A DNA stretch of 64,000 bases, taken from the NCBI GenBank assembly GCA_036172245.1, contig JAYWIR010000001.1, positions 4,774,001 through 4,838,000 of the forward strand, read 5' to 3'. Below are positions 21,001-35,450 of this stretch, in pieces (the stretch's first letter is position 1; every line of letters begins with the position of its first letter). Made by a program: the position numbers and the translations under genes. The notes under the pieces were generated by a model. The model ran no database searches. It saw only the letters and a list, made by a program, of their open reading frames with translations, and was not told the origin of the DNA. Source of the DNA: Raillietiella orientalis (taxonomy: Eukaryota).

Positions 21001-24000
21001 TCCCCCTTCCCATCCGCCAGGCAGATGGAGGGTTGACCTTTCTTTCTTTTCGTTTTCTGGAAGGAAAGAAAGGTAATGCCGTGATGGGGAGGGGAGCGAA
21101 TCCCCTTTCATAGGCGGGCACCCACTGCAGTGTTTCCAGAAACCAGGAGCAAGGCCACTGGGCTTGCCTTCAAAGAATGGGGGTGGAGGCTTGCGTCATC
21201 GCGGAAGACACGAAAAATCAAGAAGTTCCAAAAGACTCCGAGTGCGCGCTGCCATCACATTTCACCCGCCGCCTGCGATAAAAGCGGCAGCTGCAGCTCT
21301 CTCTCCTCACCCCACTCTGACCCTCCCTACCCTTCTCCTTCCTTCCGCCTCCAGAATTAGAACCCTCTGGAGCTGCTGGTTGCTGCGGGTGCGTGACGAA
21401 ATCCCATGCGACACGCGCGGATCTCCTTCCTTGACTTTTCATCCAGGAATTGTTCGGGCAAGGTGGGCGGGTGGGTTCTGCGGCCCCCCACACCTCGTCC
21501 GAACTCCATCCCGTACATTTGCGCCTTTCTCGCTGAATCCTTGCCTGCCCCGAGATGGTGGATTTCTCTGTTCTCTGAAATGGAACAACTTGACTGCTTC
21601 CCGCTTCCTGGCGGACGGGATGGAAGCACGTGCTATGCATGCATTCCTCCTTGGCCTGCAAGCTACGAGGAGGGGAGTTCTGGAGCCCAGCGTCGGAGCC
21701 AGCTGAGCCTTTCTCCGGGAGCCGCCGCGCGTATGCCTTCGGGAGAAGCGTGTAACGCCTCCTGGACTCCGCCGGGCTGCGGCGCAGCCGAGGAGGAGTT
21801 AGAGGATTGCGCCCACCTGCACTGAGGACGGCCCCATACACGCGGCATGGGAAGAAATTAAAGTCTGCTTCCTCTTTTTTGTTTCCCTTCGTGCTTTTTT
21901 TTGGAGGGATCACTTCATCGCCTGTCTTCTCTCACTCTGCTGCGCTCGTTCTGGAATACCACTCCATGGTCCAGCAGCAGTGGACGGGCAGCGAATCTTT
22001 CGGCGGCGAAACCGCGCCGAATTCTCTCCCTTGAAAGACGCTTTCACTTCTCTTCTTCCTCCCTTTCTCCTCTTTCTCCTCCACTTCCTTTCCTTCTCTT
22101 CTTTTCCTCCTCCTCTTCTTTCTGCTGCTGTTGCTCGTCCCGCATGTCCGGAGACCGAAAAAAAGAGGAGAAATCCGGAATAACGACGTGACCAGCATCC
22201 TGTTGGATCTTGTTGGAAGCCCACCCTTGCTCGACTGGAGGAATAAAAGCAGGGTAGATCTCAGCTCGAAACAGAATGGCTGTCGCAAGCACCTAGCTCT
22301 GCCGCTGATCCTAGACTGCTTTCTTGTGATGCCTTTGTGCCTCCTCCCTGCGCTGCACTTCCAGCACTTGGGGGAGACATTATCTTTCTGCAAGAGTTAG
22401 AAATCCCTCTGCTTCCTGCCTTAGCTTTTCTGCTGGAAGGATGTCAGCTCCAAGAGGAGCTTCACTGGAAAAAAAGCCTGCTTCTCGTCCGTAGCACATT
22501 TTCCTGGGCCTCTCTCCCGGGAGCCAACCCATGGAGAGGCTGTGACTGTTGGCAGCGGAGGGAGGCAAGAAAGAATTAGGCTCATGAGCCCTCTCCAGAG
22601 AACTGGCACGGAGGTGCCCCGGAGGCGCGTCCGATGGATGCAGCTAGTTATTCCCGTTTTTTCCTGGAGCATATATGTACAAGGGGTTTTTCATCGTCCC
22701 TACGCTCCGTTCAACTACTTCTTCCCGTCATCCAGTCTAAGGAGGGGCGCAGTTGAGGTATTCATCGCCGTGGAGGCAACCCACGGTCGGTGTTCTCACA
22801 GCCGATATGCGTCCCTTGAATTCGAATGCCGGAAAGCGCGGCTTCTTCTTTCGAGAGTTCCGAGCACCTGGTTTCAATCCTTTGACACCTGACATACACG
22901 TTGATCTTACTAAGAAGCAGGAACTCCTTTAGAGGAAAAGAGGAGGGTCAGATTCCTCTACTTCTCTACATATTTTGCTCTTTCGAGAGGTATCCGATGG
23001 CATTGGAGGCAGACTTTGAGCTCAACAGCCCCATCCTCATTCTGGAGCACCAAATCCGGCCATAGTTTCGAAGCGAACCGTAACCCGTCATTTTTTCTCT
23101 TCTTTTCTTACTGAAACCACTTGGTCCTTCCTTGAGGATTAAGGATTGACTCACACTGCGCGACCTGTGCAGGCATTTGCCTCCAGGGATGCTGCCAATC
23201 GTGTCAGCCACACTCTCGGCCGATGGGTGAGCAACCAAATTACGGTCACGGAGAAGGCCGACAAGCTGTTGGCAGAGATCGAGAAGATCACCTCGAGATG
23301 CGAGGTACTGATGACCTCCAATCAACCTATTCCGAGAATGGGCAGACAGCTGGGTTTGAACCTCCAGTGCTGTGAGGAGTGAGCAAACGACTCGTATTGG
23401 ACGTAGCCCATCCCTACGAACACGCAGCAGCGGCGCTGTATGAGTAAGGACAAAAGAAGTGGTGGATGCATTTCGTCTCGAAAGGATTGACTGCTGCCGT
23501 AAGGGAAATAGTCATTTGATCTCTGGGACCTCGGATGTTGGATTGGACAGGCAGAGCCCCAAATGGTGCACTTGAACATTCAATGCCTCCGGGATACTAA
23601 TCGCAAGCACTGAACGGGCCACCTCCCATACAGAAAGAACGATCAAAAATCATGGCTCTGACGTGCTGATGAGCTGAAGAGGACAGGAGTAGAAGATGGA
23701 CAAGGGAATCCGGACACGAGAACTGGGCGAAGACTGACTTGCGGGATTAGTTGAGTTTTCAAGATTCGCTTCGTGGAACTCGTAAGGATCGTAGCATCCT
23801 CAAGAGGGCGAGTAGAAGTGAACAGACAAGCGGAGGAGATGGAGGAAACTTCCCTTTTACTTGCTTGCACTCCAGTCTCCAGGATGAGGCCGAAAATACC
23901 ACAGTGGGGTGCTGGATCAAGCTCCTAACTTCACCGCATTCAGCTGCGCACGGCTTGCATCAAAGTACACAACTCTCTCTCTTGACGACTTCAAAGCAAC

Positions 24001-24006
24001 AACAGG

Positions 24007-24952
24007 CGAGCTGGGAGTTTTCCTGCACCATCTCAGGAAGGCACCTGGAAGATGCGCGAGTTGGTGGATGTTGCCAATCCGCCTATTCTGGCTGCGGTAC
24101 TCGTTCGGTGCGGTGAACCTTTCAGTGCTGCCCCCGAAGAACTTGCGGTGTCTCTTCCCCAATGTGTGGACGCATCCGCCGTCCTGGGAGCAGCCTATGC
24201 TGCTCTTTCCGCGCTGGGGATTCCAGTGCGACGAGTTCCCGCACCGTATTTGCGCGGGGGTTGCATCCCCCAACCGTGCCAGGTGCAGGTCGGTGGGGTC
24301 ACCCCCGCATCTCTTTCGGACTGCGGCACCCTCCTCCAAGAACTGTGATGGAGGCTGGCGTCAGCGCTTTTGCGCCAGGAGGACACCGCCCGCGACCTGC
24401 TGCGGCGGTTCTTCGTGCCGGAAGGACGCTCGACGGGCGCCGCGATCGGTTGCGTCCGTGCCACCGTCACGGTCCGCCATGTGCTCGAGACGACCATGCG
24501 GCGAACGGAGGTCACCTGCATGGCAGCTGCCTACATGAGGGCGGCAGCAAGGTGGCCTCTCTTCGAAGGAGCATAAGCGGAGATCGCCGGCATCCAGAGC
24601 CGGTTCTCAAGTGAAGAGACGGCCGGCACCGGTGATTCTTGTTCTCAGCCTCCCTTTATTGATTTTCTCTTTTTTATCGCACACTCTCTTTTGTTCCGGC
24701 TTTTTCCCGGTTTTTTCATTTATTTATCCCGGTTTAGATGGAGCGGCTCCAAAGACCACAGCGCCCCATCCCTCTTGTACTTCCTTATTGTTTTTTGTTG
24801 TTGTTGTTATCCCTTCCCTCCCGTTGCAGACTTGTAGATATCCCGACCTGCGTGTCGGTGAACCCTCCTCCTGAACTCCTTTCATCTTTGGTTGGGAACC
24901 AGAGTGTTCCCGACTGGTTTCTTTTTATAAAATGAATGTCCCGGAATGAACC
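24007..24952 (+). mobile_element. 3' portion of a decayed non-LTR element (Cys-motif remnant plus 3' UTR); near-identical inverted copy at 46809-47758
   Basis: Near-identical peptides on opposite strands in the ORF track. HRICAGVASPNRARCRSVGSPPHLF resembles the LINE terminal HRI....SP.C..C...ET..HL motif. Pyrimidine-rich tail with a ccgac/gtcgg hairpin at 24843-24858. Confidence 0.8.
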
Positions 24953-27409
24953 GGGTGAAAAATTTTAGGACATCACCGACAGAAAGGAAAGTTCATGCCT
25001 GGGGAAGCCGAAGAGAAGTTCAGCACGTCTCTTGGCGTCGCGTTGCAGCCAGTGCCAGAAGCACTGGGACAGCTGGCAGACAAGTCACTGGAAGAATTAT
25101 AAGAATGATGGTGACCTGGGAGTTCCCTTACGGAGAAATTCGGTAGCTGTAAGAGCAAACACTTCTGACACGAAGCTTGCCTAAGAGAACGAATCTAGGA
25201 AACGAGAACGCGGACCTATCTGAAAGACAAGCGCCGGCGACCGAGGCCACTCCCGGAGTCGGCGTTAATGGCACGCATTCCGCTCAGCAGAGAGCACGTG
25301 AATTTCAGGGATTGCTGGTTCTCCCGAGCAGTGCGTCGCCCGTACGAGCCATGGCCTCCGACGCTAATGCAGGTCGCTACGGATGTCACTGAGCGTGTCG
25401 CCTTGATCACTGCCTTATCTTAGGGTTGGTTCGACACGACGAGATGGCAGCACGGCTGAGGAAGGCTGCTGGGAATTGATGGGAGCTTCAGACCGCAACC
25501 AGCCTACGCCCGGGGGCGACTCCTGGCCTCACCCGTCTTTTCACCAAAAGGAGAGGGCTGAGTCATTACGAGCGGCAACGCCCGTCTGCTCGAAAGCCTT
25601 CCAGAGGGCTTCGGAGGATTCCAGACAACGAAAGGAAAGCAGCCACCGAGTATCGGCTGTCCACTTGTCGTCTCGTTGATAGGGCACTTGGGATTTTGGA
25701 ACCCAGGGAACGAAGGGGTATTGAGAAAAGTAGGGACCTTAGACGGAATCTTCCTGAAGGAGATGGCCATCGCAACATCTATCGGATCATTGAGCGTGTA
25801 GCGGCAACACTTCGTGTACGGTAGCCTGGGCCGGCCTACAGGGTGAAGAAGACTGTGGAGATGGAGGATTGGAACCATCCCTATCACGTGATATACGGAA
25901 ATCAAAAGTGAATAAAAATGGCGCACGCTGATCGGGAACGTGCGGAAGCAACTCTTCCCGATAAAGCCATGCATCTTGTGTACAATGAATCCACACAGTT
26001 TATGGCCTCTGCCGCTCGCAGAGGCAGCGCGTTCACCTCGACCTGGATGCGCAAATCGGTGATCGGTGATCATCAGGTGTTCTTCAGTTCTTCCTGAAGG
26101 AATGACTTGCCTTCGGTCCATGAACGATACCAGTCTTCGCACGATCGATCAGAAAGACGTCTCGTGAGATCCAGTGTCCCTGCGTTGGACCGCGAGAGAC
26201 GTGGAGATGAATTTCTGCTTTGTACTGCGGTCAGTCGCGAGCTCGCCAACGGTTATCCCGAGTTATTCCTTCTCGGAGACTCGAAGCGCCTGCGCGCAGT
26301 GCCAAATGCCTTGCGACCATCACTGACCACGCACTTCATGTGTGGCCATCGTGACTTCTCGTTCCGTGCAGTCTTGGAAAAAAAATCTTCGAAGGTCACT
26401 ACTACACAGGACGGAAGCAGATCGAATTTCATGCAGCGGTGCAATGAGAAGGTTAGCAACACACAGACGTACACGTACACAAAAAGAAAAACACAATCAC
26501 CGAACATTGTTTTGAACAGTGTGTCAGGCGCTGAGGATGAGTATCATCCGGTTATGCCGGGGCATTTATTACTTAAAGTAATAAAAATACATGCTGTGGT
26601 AGAACCAACGTGCGTGCGCAATGAACCTGCCGAGGACCGGTACGCAGACTGGCGAGGTCCGCTTCGGCTTCGTGAGTGAAGGGAAAACAAAAAAAAAAAA
26701 AACAAAAGGGAGGAGGAAGATTTTTACATGGGGAGGAGAGAGATCGAGGAAGGTATCACGGTACGCTGCCAGGAGTCCTCTGCATCCTTTTCAGGATGCC
26801 GGCAAGTTCCGTCCGTGTCTCGCCCAGGTGGGGACATCTCGAGGTTATCTTCAGGAAGATCTGCGCCCAGTGGATGGCGTCCCTGCCACTTCGGCCTCTC
26901 CTTCTGGAGTTGCAGGCTGCCGTGATTCCGCGTACGCAGCAGAGAAACTTCGAGGGACGCGAAGGAGCAGGACGCGAGAAAAGGTGTTTGAAAATGTCCC
27001 TGGGACTGCCCACCGGGATATCTAGGATCGTCGCGAGGCGATTCCAAAGGGGTCAGAGAGCGGCACAGCCCAGCAGCAGGCGCGGAGGGTCTCCTTCCCT
27101 CACCTGCTGCACTCTGAGCGTCCACGCTACCTCCCCGTGTCCAGTGGTGAAGATGCGCTTTGCACGAGATTCTCCCATGCAACAGCGGAACTGCCGACTC
27201 CTGCCACTCGAGGGGAAGCACTGAGGATAATGGATATCCTTTTAGCTTCTTGTGTTTTCCTTCGAGCTTTTTTTTTTTTTTGGTTCGCTTAGTGTGAAAG
27301 AACAGTTGGCGTTCTTAGAGGGGGGGGGGAGGGGGCTCACGAATCTCTTTAAACACTCTCCACGCCACCAGAAGGTGCCTGCGACTTCTTCAAGATAGAG
27401 GGTCACCCT

Positions 27410-28060
27410 TGGGGGACCCCCTAGGAATACAGGAAGACTCCGTTTCTCTTACGCTTGGTAGATAACCTCGAAGGAAACCTCTTCCTGGTTCTCACAGGAG
27501 GGATCCTCTGGGAGGAGCCACTCCTCGTTTCTTCCCCTAAGGGAACCCGGAAAGAAAGGGTTCCCGGAATTTTGTTCTCCGGAGGGCACCCGCAAGAGGA
27601 CCGCTCCTTGTTATTCCTATGAAGAGAACTCTGATGGGACGCTTCCGAATGTCTCTGTAGGGCGCACCCCGAAGAAAGCAGCGTGCTCTTCTCACATTCC
27701 CACCCAGAAGAGGAGGGTACCAACCAGCTTCATGAAATGCGATGGAGGGTCTCTCCTCGAGGGGGGAGACGGTTCCATTTTCAGAAACGAAGGGGAACTC
27801 CGAAGGACCCTTTGGTCCCTGGAGGGATCCCGGAGGGTCAGCTTCCAATTTTGGTCAGTCAGTGAGGGCATCCGGGGGTTTCCGGCTTCCACCAGTAGCG
27901 CCGTGCTCGAAGCCTACAGACCAGCCAGCGTCGTCCTGCTGGGGGGACAGCAAATCTGCGACGCACCCCCTATTTCTTGTCAGGCATCCTTCCCCAGGTT
28001 GGGTTCGAACGAGCGACGCTTCGTTCCACACGTGAAGACTGCAGCAGCCACAAGGCTGTG
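27410..28060 (-). mobile_element. tRNA-derived SINE-like repeat, copy 1
   Basis: Pol III B-box-like GTTCGAAC near 28002-28010. Shared body gggtttccggctt..caccagt...cctacagacca, and ctcttacgcttggta also present in the copy near 49.6-50.2 kb. Confidence 0.6.
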
Positions 28061-30447
28061 AGGTGGAAAACGCTCTTTGGAGCACAGCGGATCCTCACTC
28101 CCCAGAATCGGTGTCCACGACTTCCTGAATGTCGGTTCTCATCTTTCAACGAAACTCTTCAGGAGCTTCGCTACAGCTCCTGAAAAGCCATCTCGATGGC
28201 TTAACGAAAGCGTCAGTGAACGAAACTTGAACGAAACTTGGAAAAGAGCGTCAGTGATACCAAATGCAGTTTACTCACATTTCGTTTTTACACAATTAAT
28301 GCTGATGAGAGAAAGGTGAAGGAAAGAAAGGACAAGCGGAAAAATGGTGAAGGAACACCCTTCTTCATTGCCGTGCGGTGGTCCGGTTCCTAAAAGCCAG
28401 AACCTCGCACGTTGAGAGCGCTTTTTTCGCTCAACAACTCCGAGTGTTTGTCACCGAAAGACAAACATGAGCATTACAAACTTAGTGCCCATTAGGCCTC
28501 TACAATGGGGGGAAGAGATGTGGATGGATAAGGGGGAGGGGACACCGAATAAATAAAAATAAATAATGGGCGCAAGGGAAGGAACGAGTCCTCCAGTCCT
28601 TGAGCCATTGAGCATGGAGATGAGCGGCTGGAAGGATGACTTTTCCTCCGCATCGCAAGACGGACTGCTTCGAGTCGATGGAGGATGAGCACGACTACAG
28701 CTGCCGACAAAGGTCCACCCGAGACGAAGAAACGCCGGACGAGGTCATTAGAGACTCCATCCGAGTGGGAGAGGCCACAGGTTTCGAGAGAGAGATGACC
28801 TCCGCAGTCTAGTAGGAGGTGCGGGATGGATTTCCTCTGTAGATCCCGCACACGGTAGACAAACCTACCCTCCCGTCATGCGATGATGGCATTAATGGCA
28901 TACGAGACCATAGCACAGAAAAAAATCTGGCGTTTGTTTCACACTGAGAGGGAGAATCAAGGAACTCTCTGGATACAAAAGGGAAATCACTGCCTCCTCT
29001 TGGAGGAGGAGCAACAGGACAAGCCAAGAGCAGAAGCCTTGCTTCTCTGTTATCAGAGTGGCCTCCTCAGCCAGCTGGACTTCTGTCCGTTTGTCGACAA
29101 GCGCATGCATCCATAAATGTTTTTTTTTTTTTTTCAAAACAGATCACCATCCCGAACCTCGAGGTGCACCTGAATCCCGCGATGGAGCTTTCTTCCCGTG
29201 TCCCTGTGTTCATGATCGGAAGGAGCAATGCATTTCGAGGGAATTCCATGCCCCAAAGAAGCTCAGGCAGATAGTAGAGTTCAAAGGATCGACTCTTTCA
29301 TGCCCAGAGGACTTCCCAAGAGGACAAAGAGGGTCTGTGCCAAACAACATGGAACGCGAGTGACGAAGAACTCCAGGTGGGAAGGACAGAGGGCACACTG
29401 ATACTCATTAGAAAGTCTTTCTTGGAGACAGCCATCAAGAAACGCAGAGTTGAGCAAGCAAACTCACAGTAGGTTGTCATGCTCAAAAGCAAGAGGACAT
29501 GAGGATAGCAAATAAGCGCAGAGGTGAAGTCCACAAGCTCAGTCATGTCTTTGTAAGCAATGTCACAAGCCCATCTTCCGTGTTTGCGTTCCTCCTTCCA
29601 GCGCCGTCTCTGGGCACTCACGGCGGCAGACGACCCTCTGCAAGAGGGCTCCTGCTGCGACTTTCTGCCGCGCTCACGGGTCCCGCTCAACTCTTCCAAA
29701 TCACATGAGTCCTTGAAGATGAAACTCGGTAACTCAACAGCAGCCCGTGCAACTGAAGATGCTCTCTTCCATCCTCCGAAAGACTCTTGGAGTCCACGTT
29801 TCCTCAGGGAATATCCACCTTCACGACTATCCCCTCATCTATCTGTCTGCCGCAGAGGACGCATCTCGGGACTCACCTCCTGAGCTGAGTCGCTGCAGGA
29901 CCCCTCGGATCTGCTCTTTGCCCATCCGAGAGCAAGAGGAAACGCCGTCGCCGATTTGTGACCATCGCAGAGGTGCGGGGGAGAGCAGCTGCGAGGACGA
30001 GAAGGCGAAGAGCGCCTCCTCCTCGAGAGACGATGCCACTGAGTCGCCACCAGTCGAGTCCGGAGAGACGGAAAACCACGAATGACCGACGCTGGAAATC
30101 TCCCGCTGAGGCACCGGAGGAGGCAAGACGGAGGAAGGAGAGCAAGGATCGGCTCTCCGCCTCGCCGACGGAGAGGCACCAGCGTTCTCCAGCGCGGTCG
30201 CCGTGGAGTTCCAGGAACCACGAAGGCGACAGACGGAACGCTAAAAGAACTCCGAGATGAGGGTAGGATCTCGTTAGGGAAATGGTGAGCATAAGCTGCT
30301 GCAGGAAGACGTACTGGAAGCTGGGCCACCAGATGAGGTGGAAAACCTTTGATGAAACCACCTCCCAGGGTGAAGATGGGGTGAAGAGAGCAGCTAGACA
30401 GTGAAGATGATGGAGGATGCCCTGGTCGTGGGTCGTACCCACAGGCA

Positions 30448-30625
30448 CATCGTTGCTGAACACGTGCACGAACACGTCGCTCGCGCGCCTTCTGGAAGGC
30501 TTCCAGTGTGCCTTCGGACGGGCACGATGGTCGAGTATGATGACAGGGACGCCTTTTTTCCTTGGACTGCATATCTTCACCTTGGTTGCCGGAAAGGATC
30601 TTTCATCTTCTGTGGGTCGCCTTCT
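30448..30625 (+). repeat. Direct repeat, copy 1 (partner 31863-32056)
   Basis: gttgctgaacacg...aacacgtcgctcgc.cgcct.ctggaaggct.ccagtgtg..ccttcggacgggcacga is present in both copies. Confidence 0.8.
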
Positions 30626-31862
30626 TCCTGGGATCGATAGGCGCATCGTGCCGGCTGATGCGGTGCCTCCGGTGACTGACACAATGATGGGAAATCTGTG
30701 AGTGGCCAGGGCCTCCCATTTGTGGCATAGACGCCAGGCCTGACCCTCTCGCCTGCTTCCTGGATGGTGCTGTGGTGGTCAGGACATTGAGGTTGCAGGT
30801 GTGGATGGATCTGTGGTCAGCAAAGCGTAGGTGGCCTCGGCTGGTGGGTGAGTGGCTAAAAGACCGTTGCGATCGACTGAGCAAATGGTTTTCCGTTGAT
30901 TGCGACGTTCTTGTATGTTCCTCATGCTCGGTTTTGTTGAATGACAAAAGCTCTGGGGGTGAACACCGAGCGCTATGGGTGGGTAGGCAAGGATGGGGCA
31001 TGTTTCTGAGTGCACACGCACTCATGCACATGACACGGTCGGGCATGCAGTCCCTCAGGTTCCTGGAGTGGGTGTATCTGGTGTGGAAATGGAAGAGCTG
31101 ATTTTCGGACGCATGGCAGACAAGTGGTCTCTTCGACCACGGCACGACTAGGTCGTGTAATTTGCTTGGCACAACTGAAAGCTCGATCTCAACGCAAAAG
31201 CGTCCAAAAATCTATCCGGCAGTTTAGCCAATTTTGGAAAGGTTTTTTGCGATAAATGATAAAGACAAAACAAAAGACTTAGTCTGCTTCCTCCAAGGAT
31301 ACGCAATGCAACCAGAAACCCGATGAATTCCGTCGTACAAGGAGGAACAGCTGGGCTCCGGACCAGCTGAAAAAGAAGAGGAAGGAAGGAAGGAAGAGGA
31401 GGAAGGGATACCTTATTTAAAGTAAACGTGCAGCAAGAAATATAGGAAGCAACATCGATTTTCGGACCTACACTGAAGTATGGAGGTTTTTCCATAAACG
31501 AAAGGTTGCGCCTGCACGGTTCAGTGTTCCGTGTTCTCCACTGATGCTAGCGGGCAATTTTTGTATCATTTTGACGAAAGTGTTCGGAGAGATCGTTTGA
31601 GTTTCCGCGAATTCCCCCACACGCAACCTATGAAGGCGCTTTTTTATGCCTTCAGACTTGGAACCGTCGACCTCCGACCGCACCGAAACCAACTCGTCGA
31701 GCGTGCCCTCTGCTGTCACTTCCCTATCAAAATGAGCTCCGAATTTCTAGGTGTGTTTCCCCCCCCCCCCCCTCCTTTTCGCTCTCGGTGTTTGCTACCG
31801 GACTTCGGCGGAGCATCGGACGTCAGATGGAGGGGTGGCGAGCTAGGAAAATGCTCGAGGCG

Positions 31863-32056
31863 CATGGTTGCTGAACACGAGCGCGAAGAACACGTCGCTC
31901 GCCCGCCTCCTGGAAGGCTGCCAGTGTGTGTGCCTTCGGACGGGCACGAGGGCCGAGTGTAATGATGGCGGAGTCCCCTTTTTTCCCCTGGACGACTCCG
32001 TATCTTTACCTTGACTGCCGGCAGGAGCTTCCCAACATCTGTGGGTCTCCTTGCCT
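31863..32056 (+). repeat. Direct repeat, copy 2 (partner 30448-30625)
   Basis: Aligns with 30448-30625 with scattered substitutions and indels. Confidence 0.8.
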
Positions 32057-34399
32057 TTTTCTGTAGATGGGAAAGACAGCGAGCGCGATATATCAGGAGA
32101 ATTTTCGTTTTCCTTTTTTTTTTTTTTTTTTTTGCGTGTGTCAACGGAATGTCCTCGCTCGTCCTGCGATCGTTCCAGACTCAGGACTGCACGTCGTCGC
32201 CACCTCCCTGTTGCTGGCGATGGTCACCGAGCTCGCGAAGTGCTCACCGGTGATGACGATCGGCCGATCCCTCCCGCAGAGCGAGCGATCCTGTTTCTCA
32301 AGTATACGCGAATCTTTCCCCCGGAGGAAAGAAAATCAGGAAACCAAGGTCATTCAACTGCACTAAGACGTAAAACGCTTCTTGGCTGCCATAACGGTAA
32401 GGGGCAGGTATTCGCAATAATTCAAAATTTGTCTGCAGGTACGCAAATGTTCACGTGCCGCCGCCGCCGCCACTGCGCACGCAACCCGCGGGGTGGCACA
32501 CTTGTGCCAGGAGGAAGTCGGTTCCCAGTTTCCTCGAAACTCCACTCCGGGTTTCGCGCCACAGCTGGCTCGGGCGCAGGGCTCAACACGTATCCAGCGG
32601 TAGTCGCTCCAGTTAGGAAGCCATAAAACGGTCACTTGCGAAGCGAGCGCCATCCATTTCGCTTTTTTTTTTTTTTTTCATGTTTTGCGCTACTCTTAGC
32701 CAGAGGAGATCGGGCGCCCCCTTTTCGTTTCAAGTTTGACTCCGCATCCCCTCATTGAGGAAAATGCGCCGGACCGCTTTGCCTACTCGACATCATTTGG
32801 CAGAAAAATGATGGCAGAAAAGACTCCCGGATGACGGAAAAGGAGGATTTATCAGCTCGCGGAACGCAGCAACGAGCAACATGGCGGAAATGTGACGCTG
32901 TGCAAGGCTCTGGGCCGCGAGGCGCCATAAACATTTCGGACCGCGTTCCCATCTCGTGGCGTTTAGGGCAGAGCTCTTGAGCGAAAGGAAGCGCTGCTGT
33001 TAGCAGGAATGTACTTCCTGTCTTTTCGTTCCGCGGCGAAGCGAGGAGCCCGCCGCACGGGAACGGCAGCAGCCAGGTTGCTGGAGCTCCTGTAGCCGGA
33101 TCTCTTGTCCCCCGAGCAGCGGCGGCATCCTTCCCTAGAAAAGGGGCAACAGGAAAGGGGGAAAACAACAGCAAAAAAAAAAAAATCGTACGGGCTTTTC
33201 CCGATCCGGGGAGGTTCATGGAGGAGGATGACGGAAGGCTGAAGCCTGCGCCACTACGCGAGGCGGTTTTCGGATCCGCAGCAGGCGATGCTGGTCAATT
33301 CCTCATCGGGATGATACGGACGCGCTGCCCACCTTCCACGCGCTCCCGACACGCAGTTTCTCCAGCACTGCTACTAGCAAGAGTGCTTCCGGCTGCACCA
33401 AGAAGTAGCTTACAGAGTGCGGCAGCAATCCAGCTGCTGGAGCATCTCTTTCCTCGTCTCCTGTCCCCCTTCCTCTCTGTGAGGGGCCTTGCCTGCCGCT
33501 GTTCCACTCCAGAGATACGCGCCTCGGAGCAAGGCGGCGGGGTGTGGGGTTTAGGATCGACAGGTGCCTCTAAGGTGGAAAGTTCCTCCCGGATCCTGGA
33601 AGAAAGTTTCTCGGAAATTTTTCCAAGTAATCTGCGAGGGGAAGAGGGAGAAATTCGAGGCTCTTCCAGTAGAAGGCAGCAGCACTGGTTTTTGGTGAAG
33701 GGGGACGACAAGGTGACACTGATTAGCTCTAGGAGAGCCTTCCATAGTCGCCAGGGAGGCTCTTTGCAAACGCGAGGGGTCGGAGAAAATCGCAGTCGAA
33801 GAACGCCACGCTTGTCCCCGCGTGCTCGTCAAGAGGGTTCAATCCTGGGCCGCCTCGAACAAAACCAACAAGGACCGTGCAGGCGCCACTTCTCGAAGCG
33901 ACTGATGATAACCAAATGATCGAACGGAAGGATTCCCTCTTCCGTGAAAGGAGACGCAGAGAGGCGTCTCGAGAAGCTGTCGAAGCCATTCGGTGAAAGA
34001 TGAACCCGGAGACTGGGAGTGGGAATGGGTTGCTGCGAACATCTTGACGCAGTTCCCGCGGAAGGTTCCAAAAGAGCGGCAAAAAGGGAGGCCGGCACCG
34101 TTCCTGACGGCATTCTCTTGAGGGAAAAGCCGTCGAAAGAAGGAAGCTGCTTCTGCCTGTGCGATCTCCTTCCTGCACATCCGGAATTTCCTGCCTTTCG
34201 TCCTGGAAGATGACTTTTCGAAATCTCTCTGAAGTGAAAATTCAGTGCCCCTCCTCAAAGAGTGGCAGAAACTACGGGCAGCTGACAAAGATTTGCAAAG
34301 CTTCCGATAACGATTCCACGCCTCAGCTCGTTTCCAAGTTCGAGATGAACATTGGTGCATAGAGAGAGGCGGGAACAACAAAAAAAATCCGCAAAATGA

Positions 34400-35450
34400 C
34401 AGATGAAACTTCTGGAGGATGCCTCAATGTGGATTTTTTCCTGGATGCGACTGCCTGCCTTTCCGCTAGGGTTGCTGTCCTCCCCCGCGTTACCTGGACG
34501 CATGCCTGTCAACGGATAGAATCGATGAAGTAGAAAAGTGGAGGGAGGAAGACATTTGGTGCTGGAAATTGAGAGTGCATTCTCGGTTTTGCGCTCAGGA
34601 ATCCAAGAAGAGCCTTCTAAGGAAGGAGGATGTTTCCCTTCACGCATTGCAAGGACATTGCCAACGAGGATTAACCCGAGATTTCGTCAGGTCGAAACCT
34701 CTCTGAGTGAATTACAAATCCGGCAGGAAGGAGGGATAAAAAGGAAGGAGAAAATTGGCTTCCTGGAGATGAGACGTGAGGGAAGGGTCGACAACGGACA
34801 GATGCTCGCCTTCGTAAGTCTACTGTTCTCAGTGAGCAGTTGCAAGAAGCACCTCCTGAGCAATCTTCAAGAGACGCTGGACCATTTCAGCTCAGCGCGA
34901 AGACACATTCTTTCATCTGTTCCTAGCAATTGCTTCAGGTGCATCCCGGCCAGCAGGATTTCAGCCCATTCGCACCGGGCGAGAAGCTCCAGGCCTGCCG
35001 AAGAATCGACGAAAACGTGTGTTACGGAGGGAGGCTCGCGTCCAACAGTTAGCGACAGCGACGAAGAGAGAGGCATTCGGCCAAGCCTTTTGGCAAAGGT
35101 CTGGCAGTTTCGACTCCGCACCAAACCGGGATCGCATGAGAGTCCCAGTCCCATGTTCCTCACCTCCTCTTACCACTTTCACGCTTTCTATCGCCCTTTC
35201 ACCTGGGCGCCTGAGATCCACTTGCGTAAACCGCTGTTCTCTTGAAGTTGAAGAATGGATGCTTTTCCGAACAAGGGTCCCCCTCCCCTGCAGCACTCTG
35301 CTGCGCCGCGGCACGAGCAGCACAGCAGCCCCCCGCATGTGCAGAATTGGAAGTCTTCCCGCACGTTAGTGGACTGTGCTTTCTTCCAGCGCGTACGGGA
35401 GCGACGGTCTGCTACTCCTCCCCCGCGGGTGTGTTCCAGTGATGCCGCCC
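34400..35450 (-). mobile_element. Possible highly decayed LINE RT remnant
   Basis: Weak motifs in the expected order: FFNFKRTA (cf. FLDF.KAFD), LLAGMHLK (cf. LFADD.K), RNLGLIL (cf. KYLGV.L). Confidence 0.25.

Noticed and set aside
28883-29700. Possible DNA-transposase remnant (LDFCPFVD, CPCVH)
   Set aside because: Motif resemblance is too weak to name a family without an HMM search.
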